From NCBI GenBank assembly GCA_038087875.1, contig CM075989.1, forward strand, positions 20,090,001 through 20,154,000: a stretch of DNA of 64,000 nt. Reading direction: 5' to 3'. The notes under the pieces are model-generated. The model worked only from the letters and a program-made list of their open reading frames with translations. It was not told where the DNA came from and made no database searches. This document shows positions 24,049 through 38,311 of the stretch, piece by piece; position 1 is the stretch's first letter, and each line of letters opens with the position of its first letter. Both the position numbers and the translations under genes were made by a program. Origin of the DNA: Malacoraja senta (Eukaryota).

Positions 24049-25384
24049 GTAAAATCCTTGCAGTGGTGTTTATTGCTTTGCTAATGCTTTACTGAAGAGT
24101 TTTGTTGTTTCTGAACATTATATAACTGCATGAAAAAATCCAAGTAATTTGGGGGTACATTTCTTTTAGATTTCTCCAGTCATTTGGTGTAACTTTGATA
24201 GAGACTATCTGTGGTATTACTGCCACTGTAAGAAAATCACCAAAGCAATTCCCACTGTTAATAATTTTATTATCCAATCAACTAGACATCAATGCATAAT
24301 ATCTAAGCATTTCATTTATTTCAGACGTTAATTGTGCAAGGAAATGATTCATAAGCAGCTTAATTCAGACTCTGATATAGGATGCTGCCCTGAGGAATAT
24401 ACCTGCAGTGTGGGCTAATCTTCCATTAGGGTGATTAACGTTATATTGGTATGGCTATCTCTGTAAACTTGCTATCAAGCTTGGTCAGAAGTTATGGGTT
24501 CAAGTCCCACTGCAGAGCAGATTAGAGTCAGAAAGCCGTACAACATAGAAGAATTCCCTTCAGCCCATCATGTCCATGCTGACCCTTTTGTCCCTCTACA
24601 CTAATCCAATTTCCCTGCATTAAGGTGGTATCCTTCCTTGACTTGCCTCTAAAATTTGTTTATTTTCAGATGCGCAAGTGTATTGAGGTACAGGAACAAT
24701 TAAAAACTTGCTTGCAGCAGCATCGCAGGCACACATAGACAACGCACGAAAACATAAATTATACATAAATTATACAAGACAGTGAAAAGAAAAATACTGC
24801 GCAATGAAATCAATAAACTAGACTTGAGAACTGAAGACCATAGACTTTAAGTGGTTGTCAAAAGAAACAGGGATGTCGCAAAGAAAAAACTTAATGAGTA
24901 ACTAGGATCTGAATCCAAAACCTGACGAGCCGGCCTATATTCCACAGAGCCAGCCTATATTCCACAGAGATACAAAGAGTACGTGAATAGACACAAAATG
25001 CTGGAGTAACTCAGCGGGACAGGCAGCGACTCTGGAGAGAAGGAATGGGTGACGTTTCAGGTCGAGACCCTTCTTCAGACTGAACTGAACTCTCGTCAGT
25101 GAGAGTACTTGTGATTGTCTGAAGAAGAGTCTCTACCCAAAACGACACCCATTCCTTCTATCCAGAGATGCTGCCTGTCCCGCTGAGTTACTCCAGATTT
25201 TTGTGTCTTTCTTCAATTTCAGAGTTAAATAAAAAACACAGAGTGCTGGAGGAACTCAGCACGCTAGGTGGCAAATGTGGAGGGAATGGATTAGGAGTTG
25301 TTTCGGGCCAGGGATCTTCTTCAATAGGAAGGAACTGCTGATGCATTTGTCTTTGCAAAACGCCAAATGATTCCTGGAATGCCA

Positions 25385-25645
<261 letters not shown>

Positions 25646-25827
25646 AGTGTGATTCCAGCCTCTTAACCCCAAGCACCGTGGTAGATGAACGCTTACAAAA
25701 ATAATCTGCTCTATGATCTTTGGCAGTCCAAAAGCGGCGAAGGAAAATTAAAAATCCCCCCCACCCCCGGGCAGTGATGTGATGGACGCGGGGGTCTGGA
25801 CCAATCGCTGACAAGGTCTCGGACAAA

Positions 25828-25923
25828 TCGGTTATTTGGCTTTTCAGCATCGCGCCCGTTCGGTTATTTGGCTTTTCGGCGTTGTGTCTGTTCGGTTATT
25901 TTGCTTTTCGGCGTCGTATCCGT
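25828..25923. repeat. Three 32-bp tandem units with a 16-bp TCGG sub-period
   Basis: Units start at 25828, 25860 and 25892 (TCGGTTATTTGGCTTTTC...); a degenerate fourth follows. Confidence 0.85.
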
Positions 25924-27413
25924 TCGGTATCTTAGCTTCTACTTCTTCGCTTCGGCTTCTCATCCTTCGACGCCCCGTCCACACACGTGGTGAAACACCA
26001 TTTAGTTTAGTTTATTGTCACGTGTACCGAGGTACAGTGAAAAGCTTTTGGTTGCATGCTCATCAGGCCCAGGGGATTTATCATCCTTCAGTCCCATTAG
26101 CCTACCCAATAATATTTCTCGCCTAATGAAAATTTCTTTCAGTTCCTCTACCCCCTTAGATCCTCTGTCCTCCAGTACTTCTAGGAGATTGTTTGTGTCT
26201 TCCTTAGTGAAGACAGATCCAAAGTTCATTTCTCATAGTCTTGGATGGAGCTGTTCCCAAACCATTCTGCGATGCATGGTTAAACGTTGTCTACATCTGT
26301 AGAATTTAGTGAGAGGTGCCGGGGACATGTCGAACTTCTTAAGCTTTCGAGGGTAGCAGAGTTTTCTTGGCCATTGCTTCGATGGGCTAGTCCAGGACAA
26401 GTTGCTGATAATATTTACTCCTAGGAACTTGAAGGTTTCAACCCTCTCTATTCGGCGCCGTCAGTGCATAGCGGGGTATGTGTATGTGTCATACGAAGCT
26501 GACTGGCACATAATGGTCTGCCTGTTGCACATCCTCACAGAGGAAGAGGAAAGTACCTGTGCAATTCCATTCAATTGAGAGCAAACTTGCAAACATAATT
26601 CCACTTGCCCATTCATCAGTAATGATACACAATATCTTATCTTTCACTGACCATCATAGCAGCTCCTTGGCCAAACAAAAGAAATAAAAGATAACACAAA
26701 TTGGGGGTGGAATGTTTATTTTGTGAACAAGGCCATCCCAAATTGCATAGAAACATAAAATAATCAACACAGTGGGGCATGTTAGTGCCTGCATTCATGG
26801 AACACATACCATAGAAAGGTCTACCACAGGAACAACACTTCAGCCGACATGTCGGTGTGTGTCTAATCTCACCTATCTACATATGATTTTGTACCCCTCC
26901 ATTCACAGCATATCCATGTGCCTGCCTGAAGCATTTCAAACATCACTATTGTTTCTGCCTCTACCATCACCTTGTCCATGCACTCACCGCCCTCTGTGTA
27001 AAAAACTTTCAATGTGTCATTTTTCGGGTCGCCTTGCAGTGACTCTTCAAGTGACTGAAGCTTGGCTGGTGTTTTTCAATGAAGATTACCTCAGAGAGGG
27101 ATTTTGAGCAACTTTAGGTCTTGAAGGCCAAGTTTCAAAAGACAATTTTTTTGCCTTGGTTTTGTAATAATTTAAAAACCACATAATATTTCTTATGGTG
27201 TAATCACACAATGCCTGGCCAAATCCAGCTACGCAACTGTTTCTCTCAAATATTTTGATAGTATCATTAGTGGCCACCAACTAAGAAGGACATTAATATT
27301 TTGCCTAATTCCTAAATTGAGGACTTAATAGACTTCATATTTTCTTGTTAAAAAATCTAGATAATTACTAAATTTAGAAATAATGATTGATTAACTTATT
27401 TTACCTTTAATAG

Positions 27414-27458
27414 TATTCAAAACAACCGGATCGTTCACAGAGGATCATGGATGTGGAG
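27414..27458 (+). CDS. FAM227B: FAM227B small coding exon (YSKQPDRSQRIMDVE)
   Basis: Acceptor cctttaatag, donor GAG|gtagga; 45 nt, phase 0-0. Confidence 0.65.
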
Positions 27459-28734
27459 GTAGGACATGCAGCGTGATACTATTTTTAAAAATATTGCATC
27501 CAAACATTTTTAACTGATATATACTTTTACGAATATTGGCTGAAGAAGGGTCTCGACCCGAAACGTCACCCATTCCGTCTCTCCAGAAATACTGCCAGTC
27601 CCGCTGAGTTACTCCAGCTTTTTGTGTCTATCTTCGGTTTAAACCAGCATCTGCAGTTCCTTCCTGCAACTTATCTCCTAAGTCCATGAACCCTATCCCC
27701 CATCTACAGGGATCAAGTCAGGAGTGTGATGCAATACTCTCCGCCTGCACTGACGAGTGCAGCTTCCGAAGCTCAACACCATGCAGGACATAGCATCCCG
27801 CCTGATAGGCACCTCACCCACAACCACTCACTCACTCCACCACTGATACACAGTGCCGCAGTTTTTTATCATCTGCTGGATCTCTGCACCAAATCTCCTC
27901 AGACAGCATCCTCCAAAACCGTGACCGTCACCAGTTAAAGGAACAAAAACATGGGAATACCAACGCCTGGAAAATGTCCTTCAAGCCACACAACATCCTG
28001 ACTTGGAAATACATCACTGTTCTTTAACTGTGGTTGAGTCAAAATGCTGGAACTCCCTCCCTAAATGCATTGTAGGTATACCACATCTCAAGGACTACAG
28101 CGGTTCCAGAAGACGGTTCTCCAACACCTTCTCAAAGGCGACTTAGAAATGGGTAATTAAATATTGGCCCAGCCTGCAAAGTTCACGTTTCTTAAATAAA
28201 AATAATGTTGATTTTGGTTGCTGTTCAGTGGCATTTTGAACGGCTCAAACGAAGGGCCCACGAGACATCTTGATTAGCATTTATTTCTCCACGTGATCTC
28301 CCCCTGCTACCTTGATAGAGAAGAAGATGATGAAGAAATCAAAAGTGTCTGAGCTGCAAAGTAGGCAATGCCATTATCTGATTCCATTCATATGCACACC
28401 AATTGCACTGTAGCACTGCAATAGCACTGTACAAGTCGGTTGTGCAATCCTCAAGAGTCCTGCATACCCTTTAAGCTATCCTCATCAATAACAAAACAGT
28501 TTTATCCATATCTGTTAATATTAGCAGCATTGTTAATTTTTGAGATCTAATGCCATCCAAACATAGAAATCTCAGTAACTGAAATATTTTCCATTAAGTA
28601 AGAAAGATATAACTATTTCCCTTGCCCTTTTTCCCCATTGGGTGGAATAGTTATTATCACAGATATAACCCCCCAATGCTGTTCAAAATGCCACTGTTTG
28701 CTTTCTTTTAATTTTGCTGTTGTTTCCCATTTAG

Positions 28735-28839
28735 TCTCAACCATTTGCAGGCTTCAAATCACACATGTTCACAAAACTTCCTGGACAACTGGAGGCTAAG
28801 CAGTTGCTAAATTGGATTAGAAGGATACGGAGTTTTCAT
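28735..28839 (+). CDS. FAM227B: FAM227B coding exon (SQPFAGFKSHMFTKLPGQLEAKQLLNWIRRIRSFH)
   Basis: Acceptor cccatttag, donor CAT|gtaagt; FxGFK...LP..L motif at the start of the FWWh domain. Confidence 0.9.
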
Positions 28840-29295
28840 GTAAGTGACTGAAATTTGATTGTCTCTTTGTTTTATAACTGATCTATTTATTTAGCAACCT
28901 ATACTTTGGAGGTTTTCTCATTGTTTAACTTTCTCCATTTTGTTTGTTTTGTGAGAAAGTTAAAGGTTTGAGAATGAGAAACAGTTTGCTCAACATTGTA
29001 ACAGGTCCACAAGTATTTTAGCTGAAATGACGGAAATAACAACATGTGTATGAGGAACTGCAGATGCTGGTGTAAACCGAAGATAGACACACAAAGCTTC
29101 AGACTGAAGAAGGGTCTCGACCGGAAACGTCACCCATTCCTTTTCTCCAGAGATGCTGCCTGTCGTGCAGAGTTACTCCAGCTTTTTGTGTCTATCTTTG
29201 GAAATAACAAAATGACAGTTCAATTGCTTTGTCACAGACAATTTGTATTGATTTCAGAGTTAACCAATACCTAGTCAACATTAACTTATTTACAG

Positions 29296-29394
29296 CTTGG
29301 ATTTCAAACTACTTGGAGGAAGTTGATCCTGTCAGAACCATCTGCTGCCATTGTTCAAGATGCGTTTTGGTGGTTCTTCCTTCACAAATTTAAG
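29296..29394 (+). CDS. FAM227B: FAM227B coding exon (LGFQTTWRKLILSEPSAAIVQDAFWWFFLHKFK)
   Basis: Acceptor tatttacag, donor AAG|gtataa; DxFWW.FLHKF signature of the FAM227/FWWh family. Confidence 0.93.
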
Positions 29395-30830
29395 GTATAA
29401 AGATATTTTCTGAAATATTTGTCTGGATGCTTTATTTGTACAGCTAATAAATCTTGGGATACATTTTCATCTTTGCCACTGTCACTAAAGTGTTTTCAGG
29501 GATGGAATTTGTGTATATTGTATCCATAATGGATCATGGGTTATCCAATTAATCTTGTCAATATAGGACATCAAATAGTACAGTATGGAAACAGTTCCTT
29601 CAGCCCACAATATCTGATGGCCAAATATACATGATGCCAGATTAAGCTAATCTCCTCTGCTTGCCTGCGATCCATATCCTTCTATCCCCTGCATATCCAT
29701 GTGTCTCCCTAAAAGTCTCTTAAATAATGATATTGTATATTTCTCAACACCACCCCAGGCAGCTCGTTCCATGCACCCACCATCCTCTCTCAAAGTTGCC
29801 CCGCATATCTATAACATTATGCCCTCTTGTCTTTGACATTTCCACTTTGGGAAGTATATATTTCTCATGCTGAAAACTGAAGGCATAGAAGATGACGTGT
29901 GCCTGTTTTCTCCTATTTGGAATAATAGCTTCGTACTGACTAGTCATCTTGCGGATCCCACTCCCCTAGCTCCAGTAATCACACACCCAGCGCCAGCCAC
30001 ATTCGTAAGCCTCTACTTACATCCTGGACAAATGACTGTCTGATACAGCAGCGTCAGAGTTTCTAAACAATTGGATGCTGGATTATTGGAGTTCACAATC
30101 ACAATAGTACTTTATTAGCCAAGTATGTTTTGCAACATACGAGGAATTTCATTTGCCAAGTCAGTCATACAAATAACGGAACACACAAAATACATTTTAA
30201 CATAAACATCCACCACAGTGCCTCCTCCGCATTGCTCACTGTGATGGAAGGCGAAAAAAAGCTCAAATCTCTTCCCTTAGCTCTCCCGCGGTCGGGGGCC
30301 TTGAGCCCTCCATTAACGGGACGATCTTGACTCGCGTAGCCGGTGGCGTTTGGGCCCACCGCATCGAGGCGATCAGCTCCTGCATCGGGGGGGATGTCAG
30401 CTCCCCCGCACCGGATGATCGGACCCCGCGTGTGATAGTTCAAATTAGAGATGCCAAAAATGAGGAAAAGGGAAAGCTAGATGTGGAGTTCTGGGATTTA
30501 AGGTTGAGAATTTTAAAAGTGTGGCATTGGCAAAGGGCAAGAAGAGAATAATATTTAAGCCACTAAAGAAATGTTTGTTGGAAACCTTTCACTTGATTTC
30601 TTTGTTTATATTTATTGTTGAAGTCGCTTGGCTTTTATGATTTGTTCAATCTTCTAGTTTATATCATTGTTTATAATGTTCCAAAGTATTGTACTTATTG
30701 TTTATCTTGATCATTAAGGTGTTGTTTACCTGTGATCTCTGTTCCCATTTGTTCTACAAAGCGATTATATATTTACCTTGAACAACTTTGCCTTTGTGAA
30801 CATGTGACCTTTTTTTTAAATCATTACAAG

Positions 30831-30932
30831 CCCTGCAAAGAAGATGAAGATCACCTCTTTAGCAGAATTGCTGATAGCTTTGTGACACTTTTCATGATTT
30901 CCCCAGCTGAGGTGCTAGATAACTTATTCCAG
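30831..30932 (+). CDS. FAM227B: FAM227B coding exon (PCKEDEDHLFSRIADSFVTLFMISPAEVLDNLFQ)
   Basis: Acceptor tcattacaag, donor CAG|gtaagt; LF.RI..S.VTLFM motif. Confidence 0.92.
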
Positions 30933-31114
30933 GTAAGTCGCAAAATGTATACATTTGAAGAGATTTATTATTTACTATTCAAGATTGACTAGTTAGCTTT
31001 ATGTTAAATCATTAGTTTAGTTTATCAGCAATGCCAACTTATTGCTAAATTGTGATTGCCTCGATATTGGACACATTTGCACCTAATGTTTGGTCATTCG
31101 TTCTACATATAAAA

Positions 31115-31648
31115 CCAGTGGAGTGCTGCAGGGATCTGTGCTACGACTTCTGTTGTTTGCGACCCGAAATGCCACCCATTCCTTCTGTCTAAAGATGCTG
31201 CCTGTCCCGCTGAGTTACTCCAGCACTCTGTGTCTATCTGCAATATATATAAATGACTTGGACGTAAACATAGATGGGTTGGTTAGTAAGTTTGCAAATG
31301 ACAGTAAGATTGTTGGGGTCGCAGACCTGTAGAGGCTGTAAACGTATATGGCAGGATAGAGATCAGCTACAGAAATGGGTGGAGAAATGGCAGATGGGAC
31401 TTATTCTGAGCAAGTGTGAAGTGTTGCACTTTGGGAGATTGATTGCAAGAAGAAAATATACAATTAATGACAAGACTCTTAACAGCGTTGATATACAGAG
31501 GGATCTCGGGTTCTAAGTCCATAACTCCCTGAAAATAACAACAAGTACATTGAGTGGTAAAGAAGGCACATATATGCTTTGCTTTCCTTCATGGGTCAGG
31601 TCATTGAGTATAAGAAGCAGGAAGTCGCAATGTGGCTTGATATGACTT
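31115..31648 (+). mobile_element. Decayed CR1 reverse-transcriptase fragment
   Basis: SGVLQGSVL, IYINDLD, KFANDSK and KWQM...KCEVLHFG motifs with frameshifts; short insertion at ~31160-31220. Confidence 0.85.
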
Positions 31649-32272
31649 TTATGATGATCTACCATCACCCCAGAACCTGAAGCAGTGGTTCGGAGAAGAC
31701 CCCGTGCTTGCTCCCTTTGCCAAGCACCTGCATCACTAATGCACATTTTAACAGGATGCACTATGAGCCTCGGCCAAGGGCGTTACACTTGGCGGCATAA
31801 CCAAGTTCTTAGCCAGCTGGCATCAATCCTGGAACAGAGGCATAAGATCACAAATGCTTCCCCACAAACATCGGCAGGAAATGTCCACTTCACAACATTT
31901 GTACCAGCAGGCCAACCTCCAGAGCACCAGATAACATCAAAGGATGCAAGCTTTCTGCTCGGGTTTGGAAAATGGAAGTAGACCTAGAAAAAAAGCTTGT
32001 GTTTCCCCCAGACATTGTGGCTACAACACTCCGGCCAGACATGGTCCTGTGGTCCACAATAGCCAAGTTGGCATATGTTGTGGAATTGACAGTTCCATGA
32101 AGATGGTGTTGAAGAAGCTTATGAGAGGAAAAAGACCAAGTACTCTGAACTGGCAACTGAAGCTGCCCAGAATGGCTGGAAGACCAAGATTTTCCCTGTC
32201 GAAGTGGGACGCAGGGGATTTATTGCTACATCTATGACCAGGCTATTAAAGAAAATGGGGGTGAGGGGCCGA
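31645..32272 (+). mobile_element. Hero-like non-LTR retrotransposon C-terminal fragment (CCHC finger plus restriction-like endonuclease)
   Basis: Across frameshifts: YDDLPSPQNLKQW, CSLC...HILTGC, RYTWRHNQVL, LRPDMVLWS, VELTVP, EEAYERKKTKY, PVEVGRRGF. Confidence 0.85.
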
Positions 32273-35200
32273 CTTATTACAGGGATTGAAACATCAAGTC
32301 CTATTAACTCTACTAATTGGTTAGGCACACATCACATCAGCACTCCCATCCTAATTATAAATAATAACTTAAAATTACTGAGCAGCAAAGATGCTATTTG
32401 TTTTTCAAATTGTATCGCTAACATCTTCCAAATGTGTAGGTAATTGTAACTTCTGGATTTTGTTTTTCAAACACATACTGCTTTATGACTGCATCTTTGT
32501 CTCATGGATTTTAGTTTAGAAACAACTTTGCTGTGTGTTAACTCAATGCCCTGAATCAATCTGTTATTTTAATCTCAATAAGATTTTGTGACTGTGATGA
32601 TTATTCATGAAATGTACTTAACAGTAGTAATTGAATTTGTAATTTTTCTTACATGTAATGTTTAGTCATTAGTTACATGCATCAAGGAAAAGAAATAGAC
32701 TGTTTCAGACAGAACGCTAATATAGCAAAACCAGCAGTGACTGGAAAACAAAATGCATCCTTGTCATTTTGGTACTAATTCATTGTTTTTAGAAAGTAAA
32801 TATTTTTCTGTGGCCAAACATAAAACTAATGTTCTGAATAAGACCACTAATAAATCGGTATTCTTCATCACATGTTATTGTATGCCAGGCAGTAACATGA
32901 TTTTTTTAAATATGGGAAAATGGAGAATGCCTGTTATTCTCTTCTTCCCTTCCATAGAAATGTGATTTAAAAAAATGTTACCTGCAGCTTCCATTAGACT
33001 GATATTTTGGCAGTATATAAATTAAAATATTGAAAACTCTTGCTTTTTTGGGGGATACTGTATTATTTTTCTTTTATGCTCCTTGTTTCCTTTTGCCATC
33101 TCCCAAGTTGGAACTGATGGGTCTTGCATCTTGGAAGACTTATGAGGATGGCATCCCTGGAATGTTAATATACGATGTCTATTATACCGTTAAGATTTGT
33201 TACAAAGGAAATTAATGCCATACAGATTTATAGATTCCAAAGGTCAAAATATGCACCTTTAAAATATGTGGAACTAAAGGCTAACTAACACTGCCAATTA
33301 TGTCTGTTAGTAGTTCTTTCAGTACTCAGTGTGGTAATTTGAGTCCTGGTGGGACTTAATTTAGCAATCTTCATCATTCTAATCCTTATCCAACTGGAAG
33401 TTAACTGTACATACATGTTCTTGGTCAGCTTATTTAGTTGCCAGTGCACTTTTAGATGTAGGGAATGAGGGTCAGGGTTTGGCTGAAGTGCTGAGACCTC
33501 TTAAAGGTGAGTGGTCATGGTGGGCCAGCACAGCTTTGTTTTGGCCTTTTCTTACCTCCTGTTCCCTCCCCTCTACTTTCAGTCTGAAGACTGGTCCTGA
33601 CCCAAAACTTCACCCGTCATTCTTTTCCAGAGATGCAGCTGGACCCGCCGAGTTACTCCAGCACTTTGTGTCTATCTTCGGTAGAAACCAGCATCTGCAG
33701 TTCCTTTCCACACACTTTTAAATGTCTTTTAAATTTTACATTCATTTAAAAAGTGTTTTGATAACTGAAAAGGAAAGGGTAGAAAGTAGGTCCAAATAAA
33801 AAAGCACAAAATGAGAGGTAAGTATGAAATGCACAAAATGTAGTCCAGTGTATGGCTGCTGATTAATCTGATACCATGTTATCAGAAGGGTCTCGGCCCA
33901 AAACCTCACCCATTCCTTCTCTCCAGGGATGCTGCCTGTCCCATGGAATTACTCCAGATTTTTGTATCTATCTTCTGAAATAAAAGAACATGTAGAAAAT
34001 ACTCAACCGGTCAGGCAGCATCTTGGAGAGAAAAATACATAATGAACATTTCAGGTCCACGATCTTTAATCGCTACAGGAATTGTGAGGAAATTAATGTG
34101 TCTTAGGTTGCAGAGCAGGGGATGGGTGGAGAAAATAAAGGAAATACCTCTGATAAAGTGGAGATCAAGATCGTTCAGGTGACAAGAATGATATTGGCGC
34201 TTGTTAATCAAAGCGGACCCAGCTGGAAGATGGTGGGGGATAAGTGAGGGCAGTAGAGAGAGTTAAACAAACATACCGTGTTACAGTAGAGTATAGAGAG
34301 CAGTGTTATAGTACAGTAGAGCAGTGTTACAAACTAACAGTAGAGAGAGATAAACTAACATAAACTGAAATACGGAATACAGCAATTGCTGGAAATCTCA
34401 AATAAAATAGAATGTGAAATAACAGAGAAATATCTCTTTAAGCCCCTGCTTGCATAATCTTTCATCTTGAACTATTTCCATTGTGAAATACCAACAATAT
34501 AAATTTGACATCCACTTTCTGCCAACCACAGGATATTGTCTTACGGCTCCTTGGGCTCCAATGAAAATAGTTACTGGAAGAGCTCTTAACTTTTTCAAGT
34601 TTTTCTTTTTACTTATAGTATTTCTGGTAATTTGATATTTTTCAAATGATTCCCCTACAATTCGCTTTCTGGTGACTTAGTGAGCAAGAATGATCTTTTT
34701 CTGGGACATTTAAAAATCATTATGAATAATTAACTATTTGATTCTTATTAAATGGGGGATATGCAATAAAATGCTGTAATAAAGTGGTACTGTTAACAGT
34801 GCAGCAACAAAAGTAAAAGCAATTTTGCATTGTTTATACCAAAACCATTCTCTTGAAGAATTTATTTGCATATAGTGGGACCTCTATTTAAAAGGAATAG
34901 CAATGATAAAGCAAATAATTGTGGACTGGTTAGTCTAATGTCAGTGGTTGTGAAATTATTAGAAAACAGGATTAATCCACATTTAGAAAGGTGGAGATTG
35001 ATCTGGGCTATGCAGCACAGATTTACTGGTGGTGAATCCTAATTGAGGAGATTTTTGAAGAGGTAGTTAAATGGCAGTGTTGTTGATGATGGACCCTGTG
35101 AAGCCATTGACAAGGTCCAATATGGAAGTTGGCCTGAAACTTTAGAGGCCATGGGATCCAAGGCAAATTGGATCTACAATTGGCTTGGTTATAGGAGTCA

Positions 35201-36751
35201 GGTGGTGTTGGAGGGTTTCTTTTATGACCAGCAAAGATATTGATCATGCGCAGGCAGAACAGATTAGTTTAACTTTGCATCGTGTTCAGTGCAGGCATTA
35301 TGGGCCGAAGGGCCTGTTCCTGCGTTGTAGTGTTCTATATTCTATGCACCACAGTAACGGTGCTTGGACCTTGCTGTTAGTTATATATACATTAATGACT
35401 CACATATGATTAAAGGAGGTATGGTGACAGAAAAACTGGTGCTGTTATTGATCGGGAGGAGGGTTTTCTTAGGCTGCAGAATGATATTGATCAACTGGTA
35501 CGTTGGGCAGGGCAATGGCAGATGGAATTTAATTCCGATAAGCATGTGGTGATGCACCTCGAGTGGTCAAATGAGCGTACACCGTATATCATGACTGGTA
35601 GGCTCTTGGGGAGTGTTGAGGAACAAAGGGACTTGGTGTACAGGTTCAAAGATCCCTGAAGGTGGCATCGCAGATAGGTAATGAAGTGAAGAAAGCATAC
35701 GGAATGAATTTAATTTAATTGAATTTAATACATTTTGGGTTGACGCAAAATGCTGGAGTAACTCAGCGGGACAGGCAATATCTCAGGAGAGAAGGAATGG
35801 ATGACGTTTTGGGTCAAGACCCTTCTTCAGACCTAGCCAAGTATGTATACATATAAGGAATTTGCCTCGGTGCTTTACTTGCAAGGATAAAAACATGATA
35901 TATAGTGGACAATTAAAAATAAAACATTATAATTTAAACATATGAAAATAAAATACCAGAGCAAAAAGAGGCTACAGACTTTTGGCTGTTGAGTAGAGCT
36001 ACTGCTTACGGGGAAAAAAGCAATTTTTATGTCTGGCTGTGGTGGATTAGATAGTCCGGAGTCGCCTCCCAGAGGGAAGTACTTCAAAGAGCCTTTTATT
36101 GTGCTGCTTGATTCTATGCCTCTATGATGGTGCATAGAATTATTATGATCTGGAAAGAGTTAGTTGGTTCTTCAAGTATATTCTAGCTCCTGGTAGAGGA
36201 AACCCATGTCCCATTCCTGTCTTTCCTCATAGCTCTGCAAATTATTCTTTCACTGTGTTTAGTTTAGTTTAGTTCCGATTAGTTTGGTTTGGTTTACTGT
36301 GGGTATCCAATTTCCTTTTCAAGACATTGATGATTCTATTTTATACCATACTTATAGGCAGTAATATTGAAATCGTAACTCCTCTCTGTCCAAGTTTTTT
36401 TTTTTGCATTAAAAAAAACCTTCAACCCAAGCATTCAACATTGGAAGCAGTCATTGTGATCCTGTACACCTATACCAAATCTACTGTCAATCTGAGTAGG
36501 AAGGAACTGCAGATGCTGGTTTAGGTGATGTTTCGGGTCGAGTCTGAAGAAGGGTCTTGACCCGAAACTTCACCTATTCCTTTTCTCCAGAGATGCTGTC
36601 TGGCCCACTCAGTTACTCCAGCTTTTTGTGTCTATCTCCTGTCAACCTTCTTTGCTCTAAGCTTCTCCCAATTTTCGAAGTACTTGTGGCAATGACCCTC
36701 ATGACGTGAAAATCTACATTATTAACAATTTTAATTTTATTTTTTAATTAG

Positions 36752-36878
36752 GTGTATCCTGATTGCATAGCTCAAGCTGTCTATGCAGCTTTCTATAAAT
36801 CTTTCCCTGAATCGCATAACAAGTTTGGTGAAGAATTTAAAAATGAGCTAACTGAACTCATCGCATTGTGGATGACAG
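36752..36878 (+). CDS. FAM227B: FAM227B coding exon (VYPDCIAQAVYAAFYKSFPESHNKFGEEFKNELTELIALWMT)
   Basis: Acceptor ttttaattag, donor ACAG|gtatga; YPDC.AQA.Y..F...FPES motif; ends in phase 1. Confidence 0.94.
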
Positions 36879-38191
36879 GTATGAACCATTCAGTCTGATA
36901 CCAGTCATTGGTTTGTAATTAATCTTTGTTTGGAAATTTTTAATGCTCCAACTTAATGCCCACATTATCTTGCCTGTTCTAAGATTTGTAAGAGGACTTT
37001 CATTTATCTTTCAAAACTAATTTCTGAGCAACATTCATTAATGATTTATAGCCGTACCCAGTCATATGTACAAAGTTAATATCACACTTCCTTTAAGACA
37101 GCATGGCTTAAAATCTCAATGTTTTAAAATTCCTTCTAAGAAGCATTCATAAACACACACGAGCTGATAGATGAATTTTAGAAAGAAAGGCTTTGTCAAA
37201 CATATCTATATGAACCATGATGTGACTGAGATTTATCACTGCTGGTTATTTTGTAAATTATTTTAAACAGATATGCCAACAAAATGTTATTCAGTGTCTT
37301 TTAAAAAAATAATTCTGTCTACTCCACTTCATTTTATCACTTGCAGTCTGGTCATCGATCCAGAGGCACATCATCATGATGCAGTTTTTGGCATGAATTA
37401 TGGAGCAACTCTAGTCAGTGCTGGTTGTGATGTTTTCTTTGGTTATGTGGCACATTTCATAAAAATACCACTGTACTTCATAACCTTTACTAAAAGCCGT
37501 GCTTATAACACAAACTTATAAATGGTTAAAAAATAAAATTAAAATAGTTAATAACTTCATGTAAACCCTTGAACATAATGGCCCAACAGTTTTGCAGCTG
37601 TGTGTATTTGCCAGTCGATCAGCCCAACAATAAAAGAAAATCATTGTGCATATAAGGAGCAGCAATATCTACTGATAAAAACATCAAACTTTATTGAAAT
37701 TCAAGTCTAGATCTTAAAAAATAAAAGCAAAATGCATAAATTTCTGCTTTTATTTCCTATTCTTTGTCATTTCTGAGTAGTAAAATTTGGGATTTTTATA
37801 TTTAAATTTTCAGCCATTCAGAGCTTCTCTATAATTGAAAGTAAATATGGTCAGTGGATGGATTACAGATGTGGAAGGAGTCTCTGGTTGGTTTTGTAAT
37901 TATCGTGCATGTCTTGGCCCCAAACCAACATTAAGCTGCACACAATGTCTGTTGTACTCATTATTGTGTATGTGTGCGTCTGCCTGTATGTGCGCGTGTG
38001 TGGCATGTGACTGTGTGGCCAATTCATTTCAACAAATATAATCAAATGATATTTTTGTTGGCGTATTAACATTGTTTAGAGTTTCTAATGATAACAAGTA
38101 ATCCAAAAGTGTCTGATAAGAATTTTACATGCAGAAAGAAGGAAATATTTTCTTCCTGGTCGTACTTTTGAATGTTGTTTGTAACCTTTAG

Positions 38192-38311
38192 GGATAATGC
38201 CAGGAGAAGCTGCCTGGAAAAACTGGGATATGCAATGGCTAGAAAGTTCAATGAGCAGGAGAGGTTCTGAAAGAGAAGAAAGCATACTGGCAGATATAAG
38301 TATCGAATCAA
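38192..38311 (+). CDS. FAM227B: FAM227B coding exon (GIMPGEAAWKNWDMQWLESSMSRRGSEREESILADISIES); gene continues beyond the window
   Basis: Acceptor aacctttag, phase 1; G..P....W..W end of the FWWh domain; probable donor CAA|gtaggt at 38312 (3' end less certain). Confidence 0.8.

Noticed and set aside
25828..25923. 32-bp periodic repeats superficially like a CRISPR array
   Set aside because: Eukaryotic context, no unique spacers of proper length, no cas genes.
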